A stretch of DNA of 63,233 bases, filler included, from Trichomonas gallinae (lineage: Eukaryota), in the NCBI GenBank assembly GCA_008369845.1. It is 5 parts of 5 records of this genome, joined end to end, with 100 filler letters (N's around TTAATTAATTAA, not from the genome) between each part and the next. Parts side by side here need not be neighbours in the genome. Positions count along the whole stretch, not along the records: positions 1 to 27,903 come from MRSU01000378.1; 4 more parts are not named here. The stretch is one strand, 5' to 3'. The notes under the pieces were generated by a model that saw only the letters and a program-made list of their open reading frames with translations, was not told where the DNA came from and did no database searches. The stretch's first letter is position 1; each line of letters starts with the position of its first letter. Shown here piece after piece: positions 11,063 to 21,217 of this stretch. The position numbers and the translations under genes were made by a program.

Positions 11063-11998
11063 TCAATAAAACGAGATAAATTCTATCATTTGTTCTGGTG
11101 TTCCATCATCGCTTAATTGAACTTCTTCTGTCAGTGGTTTAGAGAACAAATAAATGATTGCGAGAATTGGAAACTCATCACAATGCTTGAGTATCAATGA
11201 TAGCAACGAGTAAACTACAACTGAATGATTTATATCATATTTAAGCTCTAATCTGAAGTAGAATGAAGTTAATGCACGATTTAACACTGCATAAGTGAAA
11301 TCTCCGAAGCAGAGGAAGAATAGGGAAATAACCAAGCCTTTTCTCATATCTGCTGTGAAGTAATTTCGAATATTACTAAAAATTGCGCATTGTGATATTA
11401 TAAAGATTCCAAAGCAAAACAGGATATCGAAGATGATGTCAAATGCCTTAAATAGACGCCCATTGAGACTGAAAAGTTCGAATTCTAAATTTTTTGGTAG
11501 ATTGACAAATGATAAGGTGTAGCAAACAGCTATCAACGCCAAAATCAAGTAATAGACTATATTTGATATAAAGTACATTGTCCTTCCTCCAGGAACTGAA
11601 AATGAGACTAAAATATTTGTTAAACTTATGAAAAAGCAGAGCATGCAAATTTGGTGGAATATTTCGGGCAAAAATATGCTATTAATGAACATGTCTTCTG
11701 TCTGTAGATGTATATCGAATGAAAATGTAAAAGTTCGAAAAATATATGCAACAACTGCAAATACTTTGCCTAAACAATAAACAAGCGCGTGATTTCTTCT
11801 TGTATGTAGGGAGAATTTTACTAACCTCATGATTTTTGCAGCAACGTAGATATATGGCAATGTGAGTATAATATGAAAAACAAAACAAACGATAACAATT
11901 GGTCTTCCGCATCCCAGTGAATTTGCTACCAATTTGCACTGTTTATCTTGAAACAAATCGTACATAATATTGAAATAATTATCTGTTTTGCGATCCAT
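11063..11998 (-). CDS. Multi-pass (~7 TM) membrane protein; true start uncertain
   Basis: About seven hydrophobic segments in a 311-aa ORF. Confidence 0.75.
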   Translation of the reverse strand: MDRKTDNYFNIMYDLFQDKQCKLVANSLGCGRPIVIVCFVFHIILTLPYIYVAAKIMRLVKFSLHTRRNHALVYCLGKVFAVVAYIFRTFTFSFDIHLQTEDMFINSIFLPEIFHQICMLCFFISLTNILVSFSVPGGRTMYFISNIVYYLILALIAVCYTLSFVNLPKNLEFELFSLNGRLFKAFDIIFDILFCFGIFIISQCAIFSNIRNYFTADMRKGLVISLFFLCFGDFTYAVLNRALTSFYFRLELKYDINHSVVVYSLLSLILKHCDEFPILAIIYLFSKPLTEEVQLSDDGTPEQMIEFISFY

Positions 11999-12554
11999 AA
12001 AATTTAAATTAAATCATATCAAAATAATTAACAGCTAAATATAAACCAGAAAATAGCAAAAAAATATGATGTTTTCATTTTAATTTTCGAAAAAAAAATG
12101 TCATTTTATAATTTTATTGCATATTTATACTCTATACTTATTATAATTTCTAGTTCCAGATTTAAATTTTTTAAATATTCTAAGTTTCAATTAAAATTCA
12201 GATAAATCTAGACAATTTTTAAAATATTTTTTTTTATTATCATTAAAACTAATTTTATAAAAAATTTAAAATTAGTCTTATATATTATAGATATGGCTAT
12301 TTCTTCAAAATCGAGCCAAATTTTATTCTTTGATCAAATTAATAATGGAAACTATCACTTTTAAATGTGTGTTGCATCATGTGATTGAACAGTATGTTGC
12401 AGTAATAATATCTATATACTATAGATATTATGAATATAATTTTGATTTGTTAAATATAAAAAACACGCAAAAATTATAACGTAAACATGTCGATATACAA
12501 GTTATTAAGTCCATTTTCATAGCTATTCAGGATATAATTTTTTCATATTTTGCA

Positions 12555-13784
12555 ATGAAAAATCAAACAATTTCTGGTCTCACGCTTAGTAAAATACTGA
12601 ACTCACCAGTGTTTTCTATGTCAGAGTCCAGACAGAATACAATTGATATGTTTCGGAATGTTAAGGTTTCCTATTCGACTTCAAATTTTCTATATTCGAA
12701 AAGAATGAATTTAAATCTGCAAATATCAAGCTCACATTTCAACAAATTCTTAGATAATTGCATTGTGCTTGAAAACTCCATATCAATCGTTGGGCAAAAT
12801 AAAACGAATTATCGACAAACATTCTACTATAATATTGGCTACATAAGAGACTCTTCTTTTCATAGATGTTTGAGTCCAAATAAAAATGGATCCGCAATTT
12901 ACTCAGAAGTCCCAGTTAGTTTATATAATTGCATGTTAAGCGACTGTAAGGGAAGATTTGGCGGCGCATTATACACATCTAGCGAACTAGTAGCTACTTT
13001 TTGTACATTTTCTCGTAATTCAGCAAGCGAACAAGCTGGAGCAATCACAATTCGATCAACAAACGAAGTAACAAACATATCAGATTCAATTTTCGCATAC
13101 AATAAAGCTAATGACTTATTCGGCTGTATATATAAATACTCAGATGGAGATTTTGATTTTGTCAATATTAATTTCACACATTCAAAGGCTAATTCGTGTG
13201 TAGGTGGCCTTGAAATATCTTGTGGACCTATGCATTACAATTACGTTATGTTTGCATCTAATTCTGCAAATGTTCACAATGGATGTTGCGTAATTCGCGA
13301 TCCTGATTCATTTGAAATGCATCATTCAACATTTTACAACAATTCACATACAAGTTCAGACCGAGTTGCAGCAGCAGCATTGCTTGCTTACGGATTGCCG
13401 AAAATTTCAAGACTTATTGACTGCAATTTCATCAAAAATCAACGATCAGAAAGTTTAACTCTTAAAACATACTACGGACAATCGCTTCACATAATAAATT
13501 GCACAATTGATGAAGATATTGCTTACGCAGTCAGCGATGAGCCAAAAATAAAGGCAAAAAACTTCGAGATGATCGATCTCCCAGATTTCTCACCTTACTG
13601 GTCGGCTTCAAAGAAAGAAGAAATGATCGGATATCAAAATTTCAGGGTTATTGATGATGTTTCCAAGCTGACCTTTATGAATATTGCATTAGTTGTTATG
13701 TTCGGATTCACTTTTGCATTGCTTTTCTCATTTATTCTCATCAAAGCTTTTGATCATTTATTTATCATTCCAAAACACGATTAA
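12555..13784 (+). CDS. Pmp-like right-handed beta-helix surface protein with C-terminal TM
   Basis: GSAIY, GGALY, AGAI and FxxN repeats; hydrophobic segment near the C-terminus. Confidence 0.75.
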   Translation: MKNQTISGLTLSKILNSPVFSMSESRQNTIDMFRNVKVSYSTSNFLYSKRMNLNLQISSSHFNKFLDNCIVLENSISIVGQNKTNYRQTFYYNIGYIRDSSFHRCLSPNKNGSAIYSEVPVSLYNCMLSDCKGRFGGALYTSSELVATFCTFSRNSASEQAGAITIRSTNEVTNISDSIFAYNKANDLFGCIYKYSDGDFDFVNINFTHSKANSCVGGLEISCGPMHYNYVMFASNSANVHNGCCVIRDPDSFEMHHSTFYNNSHTSSDRVAAAALLAYGLPKISRLIDCNFIKNQRSESLTLKTYYGQSLHIINCTIDEDIAYAVSDEPKIKAKNFEMIDLPDFSPYWSASKKEEMIGYQNFRVIDDVSKLTFMNIALVVMFGFTFALLFSFILIKAFDHLFIIPKHD

Positions 13785-14099
13785 TATGCATTTTATTGCC
13801 ACTATATTTTGTTATCAGTACAAGAATTTAAATGTTAGTAAAATTATGTAAAATTTAAAATTGATTGATTTTTCGTTAAATTTAGCAATAGATACATGCT
13901 AGAATCAATATGGAGCTCTTCACAATGCTTCAATTTAATTCGATAAAATATGATTTTTAAAATAATGTAGAAGCAATGCTATTCAATGAATATAAGTTAA
14001 TCTAAAAAATATAGAAATGGTTGTTAGTCTGCTATTAGAAAAAAGTAAATATAGAAAAAGATAAAGTCTGTTTAAAAAAAATCCATAGTAAATCGTGCT

Positions 14100-14546
14100 T
14101 TAGTTCTGCTTGAACTCAGAAGGAAGGGCCATGAAGTCCTTGGAGAATGTATCGAAGGCGATGCGGAAGGCCTTAGCAACATCCTTCTCAGCAGCAGCAC
14201 GGATAACCTTCTTTTCAGCGGCTGTCTTCTTAGCGGACTCACCAGTGAATGTAAGTTCGTATTCCCACTCATCCATTGAATCTACGGCATCATTAGAAAC
14301 GTCCTGGAACTTAATCTTGCCTTCCATGCCGTTAAATTTGAATTTGCAGTCGAAGGTGAACTCGAACGATCTGATTTCCTTGTTCTTGCGAATAGAGCGG
14401 TTTGCTTCGATTCCGGAGAAAGCAATGTCTGTAAACTCCCAGCCTTCAACCTTAACATTGTTGGCAAGTTCTTTGAGGTGCTCTGTTGCCCACTTGTTGC
14501 AGTTGTGCTCCTCCCAATGATAGTTTCCAACGTTCCAAGTACTCAT
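14100..14546 (-). CDS. Stand-alone Aha1 N-terminal-domain Hsp90 co-chaperone (Hch1-like)
   Basis: WNVGNYHWEEHNCNKWA matches the NxNNWHW.E motif; IRKNK resembles RKGK; strong codon bias; ATG at 14546. Confidence 0.85.
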   Translation of the reverse strand: MSTWNVGNYHWEEHNCNKWATEHLKELANNVKVEGWEFTDIAFSGIEANRSIRKNKEIRSFEFTFDCKFKFNGMEGKIKFQDVSNDAVDSMDEWEYELTFTGESAKKTAAEKKVIRAAAEKDVAKAFRIAFDTFSKDFMALPSEFKQN

Positions 14547-15413
14547 TATAGATAAGTGGCTGGACAATCTCGTGTCACGTTTTTAAGTGGTGGCATAAAA
14601 AGGTGACAAAAAGGTGACAAAAATTAAGAAGTAAAGTGATCAGATCTTTTTTATTAGTAATTATACATATTTAGCCACTTTTGTATTTATTTTCATCAAC
14701 TATTTTGCTTAATTTTAAGTTTTTAGAAAATTGATATTTTTTTCTTACATCACATCTACCTCAAAAAAATAATATTATACTTTTATATAGTAATTTACCA
14801 ATAATATTTTCTAAAATTCTCAAAATTTTTGGTGAGATCTTATTAATTTCTCCAAATTTTTATCATAAACTATGTATAAACACACTATTATAACTATTAA
14901 CATAAGAAAATTATTCGATATATCCAATCTACTCAACTCTAATTTAAATTTTAATCGAATTCAATTTTTATAAAAGATTTTGGATACGAAAATATGGGGA
15001 TAAACGAAATAAATCATGACAATATTTCAATATAGGTGATATATTCTTGATACATTGAATTTGGAATGATATATCTTTATCAAATTCGAGATTGACAAGA
15101 AATCAGAGAATCAACATAATAGTAATAATAGAATCACGAAATAAGGAATAATCATTATATAGAAAAATCCAAAACACATGAATTTAAAATTACAAAATTT
15201 GTTTTATTTTGGTATTATTAATCCTAATCTATATAAGTCCATGCTGCACATTGTGTATATGGTGAATGGATAGATAGGAAGCTATAAAACCAAATGTTGG
15301 GAGAAAAACTAGAAAAGGACACAAGATTTTTAACTTTGTAAACTACACAAATCAATTGTAAACCAAACAATTTTTCATGTAAACTTAAGAAAAAAAATTT
15401 GGTCATTTTTGAA

Positions 15414-17807
15414 ATGAGCAAAAAGGAGGAAAGCGAGTCTTCCTACGAATATGAGGAAGAAGAGGAAGAAACAAAAGAAGAAGCAGAACATAATAAACAC
15501 AGCCACAATTTCGATTTCAGTGTTTTCGAAGATATGTTAAAAGAAAACAAAGTAGACGAAGCCACTGATCAATTAATCGATACAATTGGCACCAGTCCGA
15601 CATACTTAGAATCTGCATTAGGAAAAATCATCAACATGATACTCAAAACATCGTATAAAACAAGAACATCATATTATGTCGCTTTTAAAGAACTAATTCG
15701 TAAATTCAAAGGAAAGACACGCGCCTACGATATCTATAAAGCTATCAGAAAGCGATGTCCACCTACACAACATGTCGATCTTAAAATACAGAGAAATTCA
15801 TGCCTTGTTACTTGCATATCCTGCATTTCTAGGGCAGGCTTATTCAAAGACAACAAGGAAGAATGCGTAAAAGAATTAAAACAAGTTTATAGAATTACAA
15901 CACAAGCTCCACCAATCAGGCTGCTTGGTTTCGAAATAGTTTTGGATATGATCAAATCCAACGGTTTTACAGAGGAAGAATTCAAGGAAAACATAAATCC
16001 AATCTTTCATGGTAAATTCGACCCAGAAGAGCCAAACAACATCGATTTACTTTACTTCCACGTCTCGCTCTACAAGATGTTCCCCAATGTTGAATTCATT
16101 GACGATGTTAAAAATATTGCAAAATTCGAAACACTCAAGAAATACAGCGAAATCCTTCAGGGGTCAGCTAAAATCCGCAACTTACATCCAATTTGGGAGC
16201 TAATTTGCTCATATGACGCTAAATCGTTATATGATGCTGCTTGTCAGCTCTGGATTGAAGGTGGAGACGATGTCAACTCACCAAAGCAGATCCTTTCTCA
16301 CGCTTTAGCCGCTTGGATACCACACGCAACAAATCAAGAGATTGTTCAGCTTATTCAGAACAAACCAGTATTTTTGTCTGCTGCGAACGCAAGCCGCGGC
16401 CAGGAGTTCAGAGTTATACTCTCCAAGAGACTCAAGACAATTGAAGATGAAAAGGTTGAAGTTGCAGTTTCATTATTAAGCATTTCCGAACAATCAAATT
16501 ATATCATGAAGGAAAGACATCATATCTTATCCTACATGGACGATGAGCAGACAAAGACCATCTACGATCGCGTTAAAGACGTAATTCCATTTGATTCATT
16601 CGCTGATTTATTAAGTGCACAAAAGAACAGAAAACAAGGCAAGGATGATGCATTAATCGCGAAGATTTTCGATACAGCATGCTCCAAATGCAAAGATGAC
16701 GCTCATCGCAAAGTATTATCTAAATTCTACACTTCTGTATCATCTTACAAGACTCCTTCAGGCTCTGACTTCTTGTCTGTCCTCACAGGCAGCAATTTCA
16801 CACAATCCAATGAAATTAAGGACTTGAAGAGTTTAATCAGCTCTACAAACAAAATGTTGGACAACATCGAGAAGATCCATGCAAAGATGAATATGAATAT
16901 CGAAACAAAAGTTGGCCGATGCACAAATTTGGACGATTTTGTATCATTAATGCGTGATTTGTACAACACAGAGCTCCCACACTTAAGGAGAATCGCATCT
17001 ACTAAAGTAGAAGAAGGAATAAACTTCTTACGCAAGGAAGACAGTGATTTAGTCAAGATGTATCCATATATCATTCCAAAGGCTCTTGAAAGGAAAGAAT
17101 TATGCGAAGCTGCATTGATATATGCATTATCTAACTTCAAGGAACTCCCAGACAGAGTTAAAGAAGCTTTAATCAATTTACCAGAAATTAAACTTCCAAT
17201 TTCAGAGAATGAGGCCTCAGACCTGCTTCAAAACATGCTCAGAAACAAGGAACAAGGCGCATTTTCAGAAAGAGCAATTAATTCAATTATCGATATGGCA
17301 AATGCAGAGACAAAAGTCAAATGTGCAGCTATCCGTGCAGCAGAGATCATCAACGAGAATGGCCAAGCATTCGGAGCTGCAGGAATCGCTAGAATCATTG
17401 ATACAACTGATGGCGCAGCAGGCGCGGTCCTCAAAGCAGTCGAAGAGAACGTATCTAAGGCACAGATGGGCAACAACAATGTCGTTAAGCGTGTTCACGA
17501 GTGGGTTTTATCATCAATCGGCAAGGCTAGTGACGACGATGTCAGAAGAGTCGCAGTTTTGTTCGCCAAGAGAAATTATGCTGCAACACCAGACGGCAAC
17601 AAGCGCCTCGAGATCAACATGAGCTGGGTGTACAAAGTCGCCAAGCACTTGAGTGTCCAGGGCGAACCAGCTTTGTACGAGCCACTGTTCGACTTAGTGA
17701 AGGACAGGAAGTCAAAGAGAGCGAAGAGGTTCATCTACCACTTGACAGGAAAGAGCGCAGAGACTCCGAAGGAAGAGTCAGCTTCAGATGAAGAAAAGGA
17801 GGAGTAA
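15414..17807 (+). CDS. Helical-repeat protein, probable Pol5/MYBBP1A (DNA pol phi) family
   Basis: Acidic N-terminus, A..QLI...Y...AL.KII.......R..Y.VAF.ELI and LHPIW resemble Pol5/MYBBP1A; Inr TCATTTT precedes ATG 15414. Confidence 0.6.
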   Translation: MSKKEESESSYEYEEEEEETKEEAEHNKHSHNFDFSVFEDMLKENKVDEATDQLIDTIGTSPTYLESALGKIINMILKTSYKTRTSYYVAFKELIRKFKGKTRAYDIYKAIRKRCPPTQHVDLKIQRNSCLVTCISCISRAGLFKDNKEECVKELKQVYRITTQAPPIRLLGFEIVLDMIKSNGFTEEEFKENINPIFHGKFDPEEPNNIDLLYFHVSLYKMFPNVEFIDDVKNIAKFETLKKYSEILQGSAKIRNLHPIWELICSYDAKSLYDAACQLWIEGGDDVNSPKQILSHALAAWIPHATNQEIVQLIQNKPVFLSAANASRGQEFRVILSKRLKTIEDEKVEVAVSLLSISEQSNYIMKERHHILSYMDDEQTKTIYDRVKDVIPFDSFADLLSAQKNRKQGKDDALIAKIFDTACSKCKDDAHRKVLSKFYTSVSSYKTPSGSDFLSVLTGSNFTQSNEIKDLKSLISSTNKMLDNIEKIHAKMNMNIETKVGRCTNLDDFVSLMRDLYNTELPHLRRIASTKVEEGINFLRKEDSDLVKMYPYIIPKALERKELCEAALIYALSNFKELPDRVKEALINLPEIKLPISENEASDLLQNMLRNKEQGAFSERAINSIIDMANAETKVKCAAIRAAEIINENGQAFGAAGIARIIDTTDGAAGAVLKAVEENVSKAQMGNNNVVKRVHEWVLSSIGKASDDDVRRVAVLFAKRNYAATPDGNKRLEINMSWVYKVAKHLSVQGEPALYEPLFDLVKDRKSKRAKRFIYHLTGKSAETPKEESASDEEKEE

Positions 17808-18167
17808 GACTTTTATATTATTATTTATTAATGTTCAAATAGTTTATATATATATAGAATAGATTTATTATCAATAAAGTTTTTGATTTACTTAAATATA
17901 TTATCTTTGAATAAATATCAATCATGAAATAAAAAAGATTTTCTCGTTGCATGGTTATCAATAAACTATTAAATTGCAGCTGTTATATGATTGATAAACG
18001 ATCAATGGCTGATAAATTACATTATTCTATTATTTTATGCATCGAAGACCATCAAAAATTGCTTCATATAATAGAATAATTTTCTATTGGAGCGTCTACT
18101 AAGTAAGTTTGACTATTTTAGTATTGATTTATAATATGAAGGATTGTAAAATAAACGAAATGATTTT

Positions 18168-19231
18168 TTATTCATAAACACAAGTCATGTATATCGCGCA
18201 TTCTATTATACGCAAAATATCATACACGACATAGAAATCTAGTATTGTCTCTTCTCTGTATTTCTTAATTCCGATTGGAATTTTTGCTTGACATTTATAC
18301 GTAGATAAATGTGGAAGAACATTCATTTTGTCTGATTCAACGATACCAGTTGTTGTATATATACCACCAGATGTTGAAAATTCTTCAATGTTGCAATCAA
18401 TAATTCTGAAAATTACGCTAGGAATTTCTGTTCCAAAAGCTGATCCATTTCCGTATGGGCCAATAATTGTACAATTTCTAACTGTTATCTCTGTTATGCA
18501 ATGAATGATTCCATATTCATGTCTATCTTGTGTACAGTTTTTGATGTTGCAAAAGTAATCAGTGAATTCATTACTATGATGATATAAACATGAATTTTTT
18601 GTTGCATGGTTATCAGAAAAAGAGGAAAAGTTAATCATTGTTGAACCATCTGCATAATATATAGTAAATCCAGAATGCCAACCAACAAGATTTTTTGAAA
18701 TATTCGAAGAAAAAATCCCACAATTTCCATAATTTAGAAAAAGTGTTCGTTCTTGGTCAGATTTTCTACATTGTGATATTGAGCACTCGCTAACAATATT
18801 CTTTTGGTCTTGTGCAACTTCTGTATATGCATATGCACCAGTGTTTTGGCTCGAAACTGTGGAATTAATGGCACAAAATCTATATTGGACAATCGAACTC
18901 TGGCCTTTGAAGGATAGAGATCCTCCATCGTCATTATTGTTGCAATTATCGAAAACACAAGAAGAGTGGAGAAATTTAATGTTATTTTTTTCAAATGAAA
19001 TTGCTCTATTAGACATAGATTCGAAAATGCATAGATAAACATATGACTCATCTTTATTTGTTGTGTTAATATATAGATTATTATAAAGACCAACAAACTC
19101 GCTGCCGTCAAATGAGTATGAGTAGAATTCATTCCATATGTCAAGTGGAACAGATCCCTCATGTTTTAGATAAATATTTCAATATCAAGTCACAGCACGA
19201 ACCAATGACTAAGACTAAAAGTGGCAATCAC
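18168..19231 (-). pseudogene. Beta-helix-like trichomonad family gene with disrupted 5' end (paralog of 19722-20780)
   Basis: Frame open 18168-19178 and homologous to its neighbour. No ATG before 19016; in-frame TGAs at 19181 and 19187; the GTG at 19231 is out of frame. Confidence 0.6.
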
Positions 19232-19721
19232 TTTGAATATGTTACGATTAATTTATATTCAAAAATCTTTTATGAATATATAATCAGGATGTTAGATTCA
19301 CTTCAAAAAAAGATATTTTCTTTTTGAAAAGTTTACAAATTGTTTGGATATTGGATCAGGAATTGTATTTGCAGTTTTTGATGATGATAAAGTGCTACAG
19401 TCATTTTATTCTGTTGAAAAAGCAAATAGATAATCTCCATTCCATCAAATAACAACTTTGACACTCATGAATTTCTATGATGGATAAAAATTTGGATAGT
19501 TGCTCTTTACATTGAGTTATGGCTATTCCTTTGTTCTTATGTTGCAACACTCAGCCATAATCTAAATCCAACAAAAACTGCCATACTAAGTAATTAAGAT
19601 TATGACTTTTTGTGTGGTTTATTATAGCTATGACTAATTCAGTTTGACAAATTATATTTATGTGTGAATTAAAATAAAATATGAATGAAAGATATAAAAA
19701 TTATTTTTTATCAATGAAACC

Positions 19722-20780
19722 TCAAGTAATATATAAAGCACAATCTATTATACGCATTATATCAAACAGAGTGTAGAAATCTAGGATTGTTTCTTCTTTG
19801 TATTCTTTGATATTGATTGGAATGTCTGCTTGACATTTATAAGTTGATAAATGTGAAAGAACATTCATTCTGTCTGTTTCAACAATGCCACTTGTTGTAT
19901 ATTTACCATCAGAAATTGAAAATTTCTCAATATTGCAATCAAAAACTCTGATAATTGCACTAAAATTATCTGATGAAAAAACTGTTCCATTTCCATATGG
20001 ACCAACAATTGTGCAATTTCTAACTGTTAACTCTGTATCACAAAGGATGATTCCAAAACTATGACTATCTTGTGTGCAGTTTTTGACATTGCAAAAGTAA
20101 TCTGTGAATGCACCTCTACTTTGATGCTCAAAGCAAGTAAGCACTATTGCATGGTTATCAAAAAAAGATGAAAAGTTTATCATTGTTGGGCCATCTACAT
20201 CCCTTAGGGCAAATGCTGGCTTCCGATTAACAATATTCTTTGAGAAATTCGAAGAAAAAATACCACAACTTCCACAATTTAAATGAAGTGATATTGCTTT
20301 AATGTAATTCTCGCATTTGGATACTGAACATTCACTTACTATGTTCTTTTGGCGTGGTCCAACATATGTATATCCATAAAGTCCTGTGCTAACTCCAGAA
20401 ATTGTGGAATTCATGACACAGAATCTGTGTTGGACAATAGAACTTGAACCTTGAAAATATAAAGATCCCCCATTACCTTTCCTGCTGCAACCATCGAAAA
20501 AACAATAAGAATGGAGAAATTTAATATCTATTCTTTCAAATGACATTCCTCCATTTGACATATATTCGAAAATACACAGATAAACATAATACTCGTTATA
20601 TCTTGTATTACCAATGCTTTCATTGTTATATTGGCCGATAAATTCGATGCCATTAAATGAATCTGGGTAGAATTCGTTCCATATGTCACGTGGAGCAGCT
20701 TCTTCATGCTTTACATATATATTCCTTTTTGTATTATGCCATTGTGTTGACCAATGACGAATATGAAAAAACGCTATCAC
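19722..20780 (-). CDS. Beta-helix-like trichomonad family protein, apparent GTG start
   Basis: 352-codon open frame with GGSLYF, QHRFC, HLSTYKCQA motifs; first in-frame ATG only at codon 74. Confidence 0.75.
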   Translation of the reverse strand: MIAFFHIRHWSTQWHNTKRNIYVKHEEAAPRDIWNEFYPDSFNGIEFIGQYNNESIGNTRYNEYYVYLCIFEYMSNGGMSFERIDIKFLHSYCFFDGCSRKGNGGSLYFQGSSSIVQHRFCVMNSTISGVSTGLYGYTYVGPRQKNIVSECSVSKCENYIKAISLHLNCGSCGIFSSNFSKNIVNRKPAFALRDVDGPTMINFSSFFDNHAIVLTCFEHQSRGAFTDYFCNVKNCTQDSHSFGIILCDTELTVRNCTIVGPYGNGTVFSSDNFSAIIRVFDCNIEKFSISDGKYTTSGIVETDRMNVLSHLSTYKCQADIPINIKEYKEETILDFYTLFDIMRIIDCALYIT

Positions 20781-21217
20781 TTTGAATGGAGAACGATTAT
20801 TTTCAATTCAAATGCTCCTTACATCGAAATCCAAATTTGCTCATAATACTTATTATACACGAAATATCAAAAACTATTTGACTAGTTTACAATGTAAATA
20901 ATTCAAATTTTTGTTAGAAATTTTCCAAATATGGTATTACACTTTTCGATTTTTCACAACAAAATAATTAATATAATACCAAATCAATTCGAAATATTCG
21001 CTTAATCAATAAATTTTTCCAGGTCGATGTTATTCAATTGTAGAAGCGCTTTATTATATCGACATCATTAGGAGTATACATGAATATCTTAGCTGAATTC
21101 TATCAATTCATTTAATCAACATTTCAAATTAAATCAAATCAGTCCAAAATATTTAATAGAAAAGAAATATATGTTTACTTATCATTATTAGATAAAACAA
21201 CATCATATCTAATAATA

